From the NCBI GenBank assembly GCA_965228855.1, contig CBDDIJ010000002.1, positions 1,728,001 through 1,792,000 of the forward strand: a DNA stretch of 64,000 nucleotides, given 5' to 3'. Under the pieces are notes generated by a model. The model was not told the DNA's origin, did no database searches, and worked only from the letters and a program-made list of their open reading frames with translations. The position numbers and the translations under genes are program-made. Position 1 is the first letter of the stretch; each line of letters begins with the position of its first letter. Below are positions 47,601 through 56,052 of the stretch, piece after piece. Source of the stretch: Candidatus Obscuribacterales bacterium. Lineage in GTDB: Bacteria; Cyanobacteriota; Vampirovibrionia; Obscuribacterales; Obscuribacteraceae.

Positions 47601-48965
47601 AACGTGGACGCCAAATTCGTTGAGGATTCGCGCAAGAAATTGGATGCTGGCTATAAACTTCTGGTGAGCTTCTGGTGCCCGGACCGCGGCTACGAGTGGT
47701 TCGGTGAGAATCCGGGTCACGAGGCGCTGACCGCGTTTGGGCTGATGCACTTCAATGATATGAAGAAGGTGCGCGAAGTTGACAACGATATGATAGCGAC
47801 GACTCAGACTTGGCTCATGAAGCAGAAAGATGGACAGGGCGGTTTCAATCGGAAACGTCGCAGTCTGCACACGTGGGTTGAGGACAAGGAGTGCTCGGAC
47901 GGTTACATTGTGTGGGCGCTGCTCGAGTGCGGCCAGCCGGTCGCGTCGTTGAAGGATGAAATTGCGCGGCTGAAGAAGCAAGCTGAGTCGAGCAAGAATT
48001 CGTATGTGGTGGCACTGGCTGCGAATGCGTTGTACTTGGCTGGAGACAAAGCGGCTGCGAAAACTTTGATGGACCGTCTAGCTGCTAAACAGAAAACTGA
48101 TGGTAGCGTTGACGGTATCACGCAGAGCATCGTCGGTAGTGGCGGTGAGGCGTTGCAAGTTGAGGGAACGTCGCTCGCGACGCTTGCCTGGCTTCGTGAT
48201 AATGCCTACGCCGGAAACGTCAGCAAGAGCATCAAGTTCCTCGCGGACTCGTGCAAAGCCGGACGTTATGGTTCGACCCAAGCGACGGTGCTGGCGTTGC
48301 GATCTATTTTAGAGTACGACAAGAGTTGTGCGAAGAAACGCGAATTCGGAACCATCAGCGTATTTGTTGACGATAAACAAGTTGGCGAGCCGGTTGCGTT
48401 TAGTGACACCGCTCAAGATGTGCTCACTTTCCCAGACTTGGTCGGTTCGTTGACGCCAGGCGAGCATAAGGTGGAGTTGCGCATGAGCGGTGGCAATACG
48501 ATGCCGTACTCCGTCGCGTTAAACTACAGCGCGCTGACGCCGCAGTCGTCGGACGCATGCGCGGTCGATATCGCGGTAAAGATGTCGGATACGAAACTGT
48601 CTGAAGGCGAAGCTGCGGAAGCGTTGGTAACCGTGGAGAATAAGACTAAAGAGCTGATACCGAACCCGGTGGCGATTGTCGGCGTTCCTGGTGGTATGGA
48701 AGTTCGGCATGACCAGCTTAAGGAGTTGGTGAAAAAGGGCAAGATTGACGCCTATGAAGTGCGCGGCCGCGAGGTTGTGCTTTATTGGCGTGGTATCGCC
48801 GGTAATGCGGCGATGGAAGTGCCGGTGAGCTTGATTGCGGCGGTGCCAGGTACGTATACTGCGCCGGCGAGCCGGGCGTATCTGTATTACACGGATGAGC
48901 ACAAGTGTTGGATTGATGGAGCGAAGGTTGAGATTACGCCGAAAGTGCAGGTGGCAGCTCGTTGA
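44640..48965 (+). CDS. Alpha-2-macroglobulin family thioester protein
   Basis: STDKPIYRAG, DFTETLYW, LSDNVTTFR, thioester PSGCFEQ, STQAT, RAYLYY. Confidence 0.92.
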   Translation: MSDGRFTRVVSASLACSVLLVNLGSATPSCAKSSKQSKASKASKGAKIIETKVEETAKPAEPVPVKKVMATSYSLGGTDRYLTMLSTDKPIYRAGDKLYLRGVMLNSLNKQPFPRFSDLRYGGHIEIRGPKGEIIARDNAQIQDSVWSYIWDVPRGALGGEYTAYLSFAQAPFAPSERKFDVRAFRNTRLKSQITFVRDGYAPGEKVSAVLDVKRAEGGIPASAKVMVTATIDGVAMNCGTASVDSNGLCQVSFDLPHEIERGEGTLALVISDGGVVETASKTIPILLKTVDLQMYPEGGDLLAGHKNRVYIEASQTNGKPADLVGKIMLAGTNGEAPREVAEVKTEHEGRGRFEFTPEAGKKYYLAVSQPSGIAKTFPLPEAKLTGATITTDQDVFRREQPIVLHTDSSEKTYKVSLYKREVKIADYKVDLQNQAKDGQQRVQFNLSDDIDGVLTATIWSADGEPLAERLIFRETSSPINISITPAKKSYIPGETAELTVKATDENGKPLSTVVGLTVSDETVIEMIDKREQSPNLEVMYFLEPEVKNLADARVYMDAKNPKAPLATDLLLGTQGWRRFALLDAKDFVAKNGSKAKRVLGGCLGRPIGSRIGEDGIPLQPSTYQRGQLQTLNSIDKYTFFPSAPELSVEQMRVPEEIGRVEGPRDVNLFQVEPTVLDERHFTTGRAERHQKTSPTLPEGAPIPDSDGQITLHGYNLAAGATGRSVYVREYSHKARPGRQPGDRNDFTETLYWNSGVRTDSKTGEAKVKFALSDNVTTFRVSADAFSESGGIGSTSLGLQSQQPFYTEAKLPLEVTAGDKILIPVNFVNTTDGALSSPVATIDIKGQMTQSSFKKFDTALGAGERARLIETLTIGDKIGDSTITVSTKAGDFRDKVTRNLKVTSNGFPREQGFAGIIEGGKSVVKTINVPSFVPGSLTVKGVAYPSPLGNLTEALQRLIQEPSGCFEQTSSTSYPLTMAQQYFLTHQNVDAKFVEDSRKKLDAGYKLLVSFWCPDRGYEWFGENPGHEALTAFGLMHFNDMKKVREVDNDMIATTQTWLMKQKDGQGGFNRKRRSLHTWVEDKECSDGYIVWALLECGQPVASLKDEIARLKKQAESSKNSYVVALAANALYLAGDKAAAKTLMDRLAAKQKTDGSVDGITQSIVGSGGEALQVEGTSLATLAWLRDNAYAGNVSKSIKFLADSCKAGRYGSTQATVLALRSILEYDKSCAKKREFGTISVFVDDKQVGEPVAFSDTAQDVLTFPDLVGSLTPGEHKVELRMSGGNTMPYSVALNYSALTPQSSDACAVDIAVKMSDTKLSEGEAAEALVTVENKTKELIPNPVAIVGVPGGMEVRHDQLKELVKKGKIDAYEVRGREVVLYWRGIAGNAAMEVPVSLIAAVPGTYTAPASRAYLYYTDEHKCWIDGAKVEITPKVQVAAR

Positions 48966-48989
48966 TCGATAATCGTTAGGAGACGTACC

Positions 48990-49337
48990 ATGCAACTGAG
49001 GAAGAGTGCGCGGGCTTTTTGTAAATTAAGCATGATATGTGAGTGCTGCTTGGTTCTTGGTTTGGTAGCGACCTTCACCTGCAGTTGGTCCTCAGCGCCG
49101 GGTACACCGGCAGAGTTATTGCTTCGTTGTATCGACGGACACGAAAACGTTTTTCAAGTTGAGAAGTACCGCCTGGGAATTACGGAGAATGGGTTGAATG
49201 TCCCTTTACCGAATTCTCTGGACGGGGCTTCGGTACCGAAGATCATGCTGAAGTTCGATGGCGCCGGCGAAGTCAAGTCCGTTGGAAACTTTTCCTCTTC
49301 AAGCGTCCATCGAATATCCTTGACGGTGAACAGCTGA
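48990..49337 (+). CDS. Hypothetical small protein
   Basis: AGGAG RBS; hydrophobic N-terminus. Confidence 0.45.
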   Translation: MQLRKSARAFCKLSMICECCLVLGLVATFTCSWSSAPGTPAELLLRCIDGHENVFQVEKYRLGITENGLNVPLPNSLDGASVPKIMLKFDGAGEVKSVGNFSSSSVHRISLTVNS

Positions 49338-49416
49338 GTCTGTGTTACGACCGACGCCTTTGAATGAACCAGGAAATTTAAAAGTAAATGTCTAGCGTTG
49401 AAGGAAGTACATTTGT

Positions 49417-50352
49417 ATGCCTATAGCGAATGCAGGAACACTTATCGAGAATGTTGTTTTAATCGAGTCGCTTCGAGTTCTGTGCGATGAGGCCGTCAGT
49501 GACTCGTCCTCAATCGAATTTATAAATAGTTTTACAATGGCTCCTCGGAGCCCGTGGACTGAACGATTGTATGCTGGTCCATTGAAGCTGGCTCGTCGTC
49601 AGATGATCGAAGCAAACTTTGATTCCACAGATGTGTCTGGTGAATTTTGTCAAGTGTATGCGCGGAGCTGTCTTGCTTTGTCCTATGAGGGACCAAGTGG
49701 TGCTCTCTTAGCAGCGATTTTATTGAGTCTGAAAAAAAAGCGGGCCCGCTTTTGGCTTAACGATAGCGGATTTTATCAATCATCCGCGAACACCGGAAAT
49801 CACAATATTGACTCAATCGCTGCTGAAGTATTGCCAAACGACCTTCAACCGCGGCTGGACTTGGTGTGTTCGGCGACTCCTTATCCGACAAGCCTCGTTG
49901 AGTTAAAACTTGAGCTTTCAAAATGGAGACAAAGTTCCAATGGTCGGCAGTTTAGAATAGGCTACTTGGACCCCAACAGATATTGTGCCGGTGGTGCCCG
50001 ACATACGGCTGCGACCTCTTCAGCAGACCACTGTGAGTGGCTGGAGATGCTAAATGTCGATTTACCGTCAGTAGTTATGTCCGTGCATTTTTCAGCAAAT
50101 TGCAATCAGCCGCTGTTAAGAAAGGAACTTCAGTATCTATACAAAGACGCCTCGGAAAGAGGCTACGTGTCAAACACGTTTTCAAACAGCTATTTAACTA
50201 CGACAATCTCGATTAACTCAAATGACTCGAAGCTGAGCTCACTGGAAATCATGAACCGAGCTTGCTCGAATATTCTCAGCGCCTGGGACCGTTGGCGAAC
50301 CGTTAGCGGACAAGGAAAAATGGCTTTGACCTCTAGGCGATACGATACTTAG
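49417..50352 (+). CDS. Hypothetical protein, possibly a divergent methyltransferase fold
   Basis: 311-aa ORF; N-terminal NAG and internal GYLDP loosely recall RlmJ-like enzymes. Confidence 0.55.
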   Translation: MPIANAGTLIENVVLIESLRVLCDEAVSDSSSIEFINSFTMAPRSPWTERLYAGPLKLARRQMIEANFDSTDVSGEFCQVYARSCLALSYEGPSGALLAAILLSLKKKRARFWLNDSGFYQSSANTGNHNIDSIAAEVLPNDLQPRLDLVCSATPYPTSLVELKLELSKWRQSSNGRQFRIGYLDPNRYCAGGARHTAATSSADHCEWLEMLNVDLPSVVMSVHFSANCNQPLLRKELQYLYKDASERGYVSNTFSNSYLTTTISINSNDSKLSSLEIMNRACSNILSAWDRWRTVSGQGKMALTSRRYDT

Positions 50353-50385
50353 CTTTCTGTTGCCACCGCATGTAGCGCCAGAACC

Positions 50386-51861
50386 TTATTCGCTGTCGTT
50401 AATCAATGACAGCGCTTCGTTCGCAACCTCTTGAACCGCAGGATCGGTATAGTCTAAATCAGATATGAACTTCCGGCATTTGTCTTCAGACGTTTTTGCC
50501 GCCACTAGAAGCGTAGATATCGCCTGCTGCTTTTTGCCCTGCTTTGCAAATACGACCGCGAGATTTCCCCAAGCTATAGTCTTCATCGGTTCAAGTCTGA
50601 TCGCTTGCTGGAAGTGTCGTTGCGCATCCTCGTACATAAGCGCGTTAAGTTCTGCTAAACCCAAATTGTTGAAATATTTTGGATTCGTCGAATTTAGTTT
50701 CACAGCTTCTTTGAGCAGAGCAACTGCCTTAATGTTGTTACCCTTGCGAAGCTCTCCAAGACCTTTATCATTGGCGCTAATCGACTCTGGTGTGTTCGGC
50801 AAATTTCGAGGTTGCCGAGTCAAAAGGGTATTCAAACCGGATGAGACAGCAGCATCTTTGGAATCCATTTGGTCTTTTATGATTGCATCAATTTGATTGT
50901 ATTCCGCGGAAATGTTCGTGGTGCTAGCGGCGCTGATGTTGGCACTGGCATTCTCTTCTGAAAGTGCATCCGCAGACGATGAGCTATCGAGCGTTGAAGT
51001 ATCGTCGGGCGGAGATGGAATCGATGCTGAATCTGATCTCTGATTATAGGAGCTAATTTCCTCATCGCCATCCCAGTCATGCCCTTCAGGGCTTGCCGTT
51101 TGATGCTCTGCTGTTGGCGATGCGGGCTTAGTATTTTCGGAGTATTTTGTGATAAGTGTTGCTACTGCGGCTGTGCCCATACCGATAAAACAGAAGGCTG
51201 CAACGATGATGATTGCGGTGGTGTAATCAGTGTTCGAAGGTAATTCGATCTGACCTCTGAAATCTGCTGACCTCCCGTAATAATCATCTCCAAGTTGCTG
51301 AAGTAGCGCCAATCGAGCCTTGTCGTTGGAATTGCAGACTTGAGATGGCAACAGGAACAGGTCCATAAAAGATCCGAGGAAAAGAACGATGCCAAAAAAG
51401 ATCGCTGCAGGAATGCCGACGATTGTTAGCACTAGCAGCCAGCTGCCGAGTCCGCCAGCTAGGTAGGCTAAACCCCAACCGGTCTCTCGAATATAAAACT
51501 TGTGGCCTCCAACGAACCAAGTCAGCAGCAAAAGAAGATAAGCTACTCCGACACCTCGGGTGATGCGCGTACTTTCGGCTTGATAGGCTAGTGCGTACTC
51601 AGTCGGTAGGAGTGATACGGCTCTCGCGAAATTTCGATTCTGAATCGCGGAGTTAAATTGAATTTGCTTAGATTGGTCTTCCTTTTGAACGCTCGTGGTC
51701 TCTTCAGCAAATAGTTTGATGTCCGATAGTCTGGGCTCTACAGGTCTTGCAATGTTTTGCTCGCGATCACAATAGCGGCAAACCTTCGCGTTTTTTCTGA
51801 TCGGTTCCGCGCAGAAGTTGCACTCCTTGTGGTCGTCATCGGTTTGCTGTTTATCTTCCAT
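50386..51861 (-). CDS. Zinc-ribbon + TM2 + TPR membrane protein
   Basis: CNFC...CRYC; AYLLLLL...GGHKFY (TM2); Ser-rich linker; C-terminal TPRs. Confidence 0.8.
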   Translation of the reverse strand: MEDKQQTDDDHKECNFCAEPIRKNAKVCRYCDREQNIARPVEPRLSDIKLFAEETTSVQKEDQSKQIQFNSAIQNRNFARAVSLLPTEYALAYQAESTRITRGVGVAYLLLLLTWFVGGHKFYIRETGWGLAYLAGGLGSWLLVLTIVGIPAAIFFGIVLFLGSFMDLFLLPSQVCNSNDKARLALLQQLGDDYYGRSADFRGQIELPSNTDYTTAIIIVAAFCFIGMGTAAVATLITKYSENTKPASPTAEHQTASPEGHDWDGDEEISSYNQRSDSASIPSPPDDTSTLDSSSSADALSEENASANISAASTTNISAEYNQIDAIIKDQMDSKDAAVSSGLNTLLTRQPRNLPNTPESISANDKGLGELRKGNNIKAVALLKEAVKLNSTNPKYFNNLGLAELNALMYEDAQRHFQQAIRLEPMKTIAWGNLAVVFAKQGKKQQAISTLLVAAKTSEDKCRKFISDLDYTDPAVQEVANEALSLINDSE

Positions 51862-52253
51862 TAACGCTCCGAGTCTTCTCGCGAGTATGCTGCCTCGCAG
51901 CCTGGCAATATCGGTTGTACTAAATAATGACTACAGAAGTCACTTTGTAGGAAGCGCCAGATCTTTGTTCCACTCTTTCAGCCTCTCTGAACTCGTTCTT
52001 ACGAATGAGTTTTAAAACCTTTTACCGTGGAATGCGTCGATTTAGCGACCAGCAAAATTAGACGCACTCTTGAAGTATCGCAGAAATTAATCGTCTGATA
52101 CCACAGCCTGGTCTAGAGTTTATCTTCGACGGAAGACAAAAAAACAACCCGATTGGGTGATATGTTTTTGTTGCGCGTTGTGGTAGATCAATTACTTGGC
52201 AGTTCGCGTCGGAGTAATTTAGAACCTTCGATCGCTTAACAACGTGCCTTTGT

Positions 52254-53273
52254 GTGGAGAAACACATGGGACCGAACAAACAATTCTATTGCACACTGCA
52301 AGGTGTGTCTATCGACGGCGCGTGTCTCGGCGGGTCACCGTTCGGGCAACCAAAATATTTTCGCCGTGATTCAACCTTCGTGCTTATTTTGGCTGTGATG
52401 GCGTTATCGGTTTTCGTGAATGACATAGTCAATTCACCCGCGATGGCCGGTTTTGGTAGAAACGTCCCCGTCGCTTTGGATGTTCAAAACCCTCCGGGCG
52501 ACAACCTCTATTTTACTGTGAAACCGTATATGGTGGCAGTTCGGCAGCGCATTCAGCAGGCTTGGCGACCGAATGTTTTGAGTCCATCTTATCGAACCAA
52601 AATTCAGTTTCAAATAAATCACGAAGGACAGATATTTGCTCCGCAACTCGTTTCATCTTCCGGAAACGAAAAATTCGATCAAAGAGCGATGAGTGCCGTT
52701 CTCGCATGTTCGCCGTTTCAACCTATTCCGATAGAGACGCTGATAATTACAGCAGCATTTGATAATCGCTATCTAACACCGGCCGAGCTTGATCAAAATG
52801 TTCAGCGTTACCGTTTCTTTCGGCAGCAACAGTTGGTGAGGGAGCAGCTACAGCCAACCTACTATCAATCGAACTTAGCGCAGCAAAACAACAGGTACGT
52901 GGAGCAAAATTATGGCGCGCAAATTCCGATATCTTCGAATCGCCAGCCACCGCAAGCTGAGCTGATGGATCCAGCTACCGATGGAGAGCTCAGGGGCGCT
53001 CCTCAGAATAAAGTTGATTCTGTTCCTGACGGTGGTGTGTATCAACCCGGTCGTGGCACCTCAGACGAAGCAAATAAATTCGCTTATTCAGAGCCGAAGA
53101 CAAAATCTGAGCTAGTAGCTCTCTCTCCAGATGAGCTAGAAAATTACAAAACCTGGTTCAACAACGAATGGTCGAAAGAGCCCCCGGAAAGACGCTTTTA
53201 TTTTTTGACTGGCTTGAAGTATTCGTCGACACCAGTGAAGCGAGTTGTCGTGAAAGGAAGAAAGCCAAAGTGA
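52254..53273 (+). CDS. TonB C-terminal domain protein
   Basis: PYM..VRQRIQQAW, FQINHEG, SSGNEKFDQRA, PFQP. Start uncertain. Confidence 0.7.
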   Translation: MEKHMGPNKQFYCTLQGVSIDGACLGGSPFGQPKYFRRDSTFVLILAVMALSVFVNDIVNSPAMAGFGRNVPVALDVQNPPGDNLYFTVKPYMVAVRQRIQQAWRPNVLSPSYRTKIQFQINHEGQIFAPQLVSSSGNEKFDQRAMSAVLACSPFQPIPIETLIITAAFDNRYLTPAELDQNVQRYRFFRQQQLVREQLQPTYYQSNLAQQNNRYVEQNYGAQIPISSNRQPPQAELMDPATDGELRGAPQNKVDSVPDGGVYQPGRGTSDEANKFAYSEPKTKSELVALSPDELENYKTWFNNEWSKEPPERRFYFLTGLKYSSTPVKRVVVKGRKPK

Positions 53274-54097
53274 AGTCGACTAATGCCTCGCAGAAATTTT
53301 TAAATGTCTTTATTGTAAGTTCGATCTATTCAATGTGCTGTGCCCCTGCACTGTCACAAATGATGCTTACGGGAGGAATCGAGCATGCTGAAAAACTCAC
53401 TCCTGCTGCGAATGAGTTCGCTCCCGGTAAACCGCTCGCGGACCCGAAGCAAGTTGTGAATAAAACAGCAGGTGAGTGGTACACCATTCCCAATTGGTTG
53501 ACGGGGACTTGGAGCACGATTCAGCAAGTCAAAATCAAGTCCTTCAATGAGGAGACCGGAAATTCCGACGAGAAACCTGTAGTAGAACGTGGTCGAGAGA
53601 AAGAAACTTTCGGCTTTCAGCTGGACAAACAACATAACTATTGGACCAGCGGAAAAAGCGTTGAGCCGATTAAATCCAAGATCGAAAAGTCGATCGTTGA
53701 TGATGACGGCAAAACAAAAATCGTCACGAAGATTGAGTACAAGTTTCGAAGAAATGAGATTGTCTCATGCGAGGGAAACAAGGTTGTTTTGAAAACGACC
53801 GATGTCGTAGTGTCTACGAACCCGGACACCAAGAGAATTGAGGACACGAATCAAGTTGAATCAATTCGGACGTTCGTTCTGATGGACGACAAACTGTTGG
53901 CGGTTCGATCAGATGTCCAGCACTATGATCGCTTGGGCTTCCCGAAGGAGCGCAGCGTTCTCGCGGAGTTTCGAGCGAAGGATGCTGACTTCAAAGTCGT
54001 AAACGAAGTTGATGGCGTTAGTTTGTTTGCGTCATTCAAAGATTTTCTTCAAAAGCATGGCCAGTTAAACCTTGCTCCGGAGAAAGTTAACCAATGA
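53270..54097 (+). CDS. Hypothetical secreted protein
   Basis: GTG at 53270 overlaps the upstream TGA; signal peptide; WYTIPNWLTGTW. Confidence 0.7.
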   Translation: MKSTNASQKFLNVFIVSSIYSMCCAPALSQMMLTGGIEHAEKLTPAANEFAPGKPLADPKQVVNKTAGEWYTIPNWLTGTWSTIQQVKIKSFNEETGNSDEKPVVERGREKETFGFQLDKQHNYWTSGKSVEPIKSKIEKSIVDDDGKTKIVTKIEYKFRRNEIVSCEGNKVVLKTTDVVVSTNPDTKRIEDTNQVESIRTFVLMDDKLLAVRSDVQHYDRLGFPKERSVLAEFRAKDADFKVVNEVDGVSLFASFKDFLQKHGQLNLAPEKVNQ

Positions 54098-55086
54098 ATG
54101 TTTTCAAAGTAACTCTAAGTCAAGCAGTGACGCTTGCGGCGTTAACTCTGTTCGTTTTTGGAGGAAGCGCATTTGCGAAGATTGATTCGATTGCCGAAGC
54201 GTATGCCAGCCAGGCAAGTAGAAGTTTGGGGCGCGGAGAAGTCTGGAATGCAATTAGACTTTATCAACAAGCTCTCGAACAGGAAATGAAGGACGACAAC
54301 GACGAGCTCTATATCGCGAAACTTCACAACGATTTGGGTGAATGCTACCGTCGGCTCGCCGATGATAAATATCAAAGGCAGATGTCCGGATTGAGTCCTG
54401 ATGACTGCTTAGCCAATGCCGAAAATTATTTGAAACAAGCGCTTGAGATAAAGGAAGCGACTTCCCGCGATAGAACTGATTTTTTATATATCGCTCTAAG
54501 TTTGGAGAATCTGGCGCTGGTATATTCCGCCCGAAACAATTTGTCCGAGGCAGAGGCGCTTTTGCGGAAAGCGCTGTACATCCGGGAAACCAAAGAGGGG
54601 CCGGATAGTCAAAATAGCGCGAGCACGCATTTGTATCTTGGCGACATTTTGACCAAAAATTCTTATTTCCACGAAGCTGAAAAGAATTACTCCAAAGCGA
54701 TTGCGATATACAGAAAGAAGGAAGCGGCCGATGCGCCGATTGTAGGTGTTTGCAATCAACGGCTGGCAGTGATGTTTTACCAATGGAACAAACTTGCTCG
54801 TGCTGGAGAACAATACGATTTAGCGCTTAACTCATTTAAAAAACATTTGCCATCAACGAGTAGAAATTTAGAGAAATTGAAGGCGGAGTTACCAAACATC
54901 GGGATCGAATCATACGGGCAAGCTCTTCGGGAGCTCAAGCAGAATTCGGATAAGAAGCCGGTGGTTCCTAGGGATGTGCAGATCTCGCTGATGAAGAACA
55001 TTCGAGCAGCTGCTCGCAGAACGGATAAAGCTGAGGACGTGAAGTACTTTGATAAAAAGCTCAGAGAATTGGGAGTTCAAAGCTGA
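54094..55086 (+). CDS. Secreted TPR-repeat protein
   Basis: ATGA overlap; NLALVY...EAEALLRKALYIRE-type TPRs. Confidence 0.82.
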   Translation: MNVFKVTLSQAVTLAALTLFVFGGSAFAKIDSIAEAYASQASRSLGRGEVWNAIRLYQQALEQEMKDDNDELYIAKLHNDLGECYRRLADDKYQRQMSGLSPDDCLANAENYLKQALEIKEATSRDRTDFLYIALSLENLALVYSARNNLSEAEALLRKALYIRETKEGPDSQNSASTHLYLGDILTKNSYFHEAEKNYSKAIAIYRKKEAADAPIVGVCNQRLAVMFYQWNKLARAGEQYDLALNSFKKHLPSTSRNLEKLKAELPNIGIESYGQALRELKQNSDKKPVVPRDVQISLMKNIRAAARRTDKAEDVKYFDKKLRELGVQS

Positions 55087-56027
55087 TGAATGAGCGCGTC
55101 AAAATCTTATTGCTTGTTGGAATGTTGGCAGTTTTTCTTATGGTGCTGTTCCCTCCATGGCAAGGCGCGTCCTACTCGATGATATTTTCGCCACCATCGC
55201 CGAGCAGTGAAATCGATTTCAATCGGCTTGGAATTCAGTTTGTACTGGTTGGTATCGCATGTGGTGCGCTTTGGCTCGCTTTGCCATCTGCGGATAACGG
55301 CTTGAGCGAACCTGATTCGACCGATTCGTCGAAGTCCAAGTTTGGAAAACACAGAGTCTTGATAGTTTCGACGGTCATTATGCTGTCAATCATTCTGCCG
55401 ATCGCATGGGGCTTAGTTCAGGACTATCAAAAACGTGTCGCTGCGGAGAGAGCTGCTAAGGAGGCTCAGCGACGATTCGAACTAGCAGCGCAGCTCGAGA
55501 GGCAGAGGCTAAAACTTTTAGCAGAAGAGGGCTATCGAAGGGACGAAGAAAACCGCCGCATAGCTCAGGCGAAAGTGGAATTTCTAGCCGAGCAGCAAAG
55601 GTTGCGCGAGGAACAAGCACAGGCTGAGGCTCAGGAACGTGAGGCTCAAATGCAGCAGCAAGTAAGAGCTCGCAGAGCCCAACTTGCGAAACTAGCCACG
55701 CCAAAAACGTGGAAAGTTGGTGGGCGGCAGATTGCACGAGTAAAACCGATCTTGCACACCTATTGGAAGGACGGACAACTTTACTATTGTCTGGAATTGA
55801 AGGGTGCGGCTGATGCGCTGGAATATGCGATGAGCACAAATCCTTCTGTGACTGTTTCACTTCAGCAAGCGGGCGGAGTGAGTCAATTTTCCTTCGCCTT
55901 TCCTCTGCATGCGATGGGACAAAAGAGATCGAAATCTGGTGCGATGGTTGGACTAATTAGTGCGCCAGCAAACGCCGTTCTCGCAGAAGAAATTTACAAC
56001 GAAATTCTTCAAGCGAAAATGGACTAA
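55086..56027 (+). CDS. Hypothetical membrane protein with coiled coil
   Basis: TGATG overlap; FPPW N-terminal TM pair, third TM, Q/E/R/A-rich coiled coil. Confidence 0.7.
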   Translation: MNERVKILLLVGMLAVFLMVLFPPWQGASYSMIFSPPSPSSEIDFNRLGIQFVLVGIACGALWLALPSADNGLSEPDSTDSSKSKFGKHRVLIVSTVIMLSIILPIAWGLVQDYQKRVAAERAAKEAQRRFELAAQLERQRLKLLAEEGYRRDEENRRIAQAKVEFLAEQQRLREEQAQAEAQEREAQMQQQVRARRAQLAKLATPKTWKVGGRQIARVKPILHTYWKDGQLYYCLELKGAADALEYAMSTNPSVTVSLQQAGGVSQFSFAFPLHAMGQKRSKSGAMVGLISAPANAVLAEEIYNEILQAKMD

Positions 56028-56052
56028 CGCACCCCTTATACACCACACCGTA

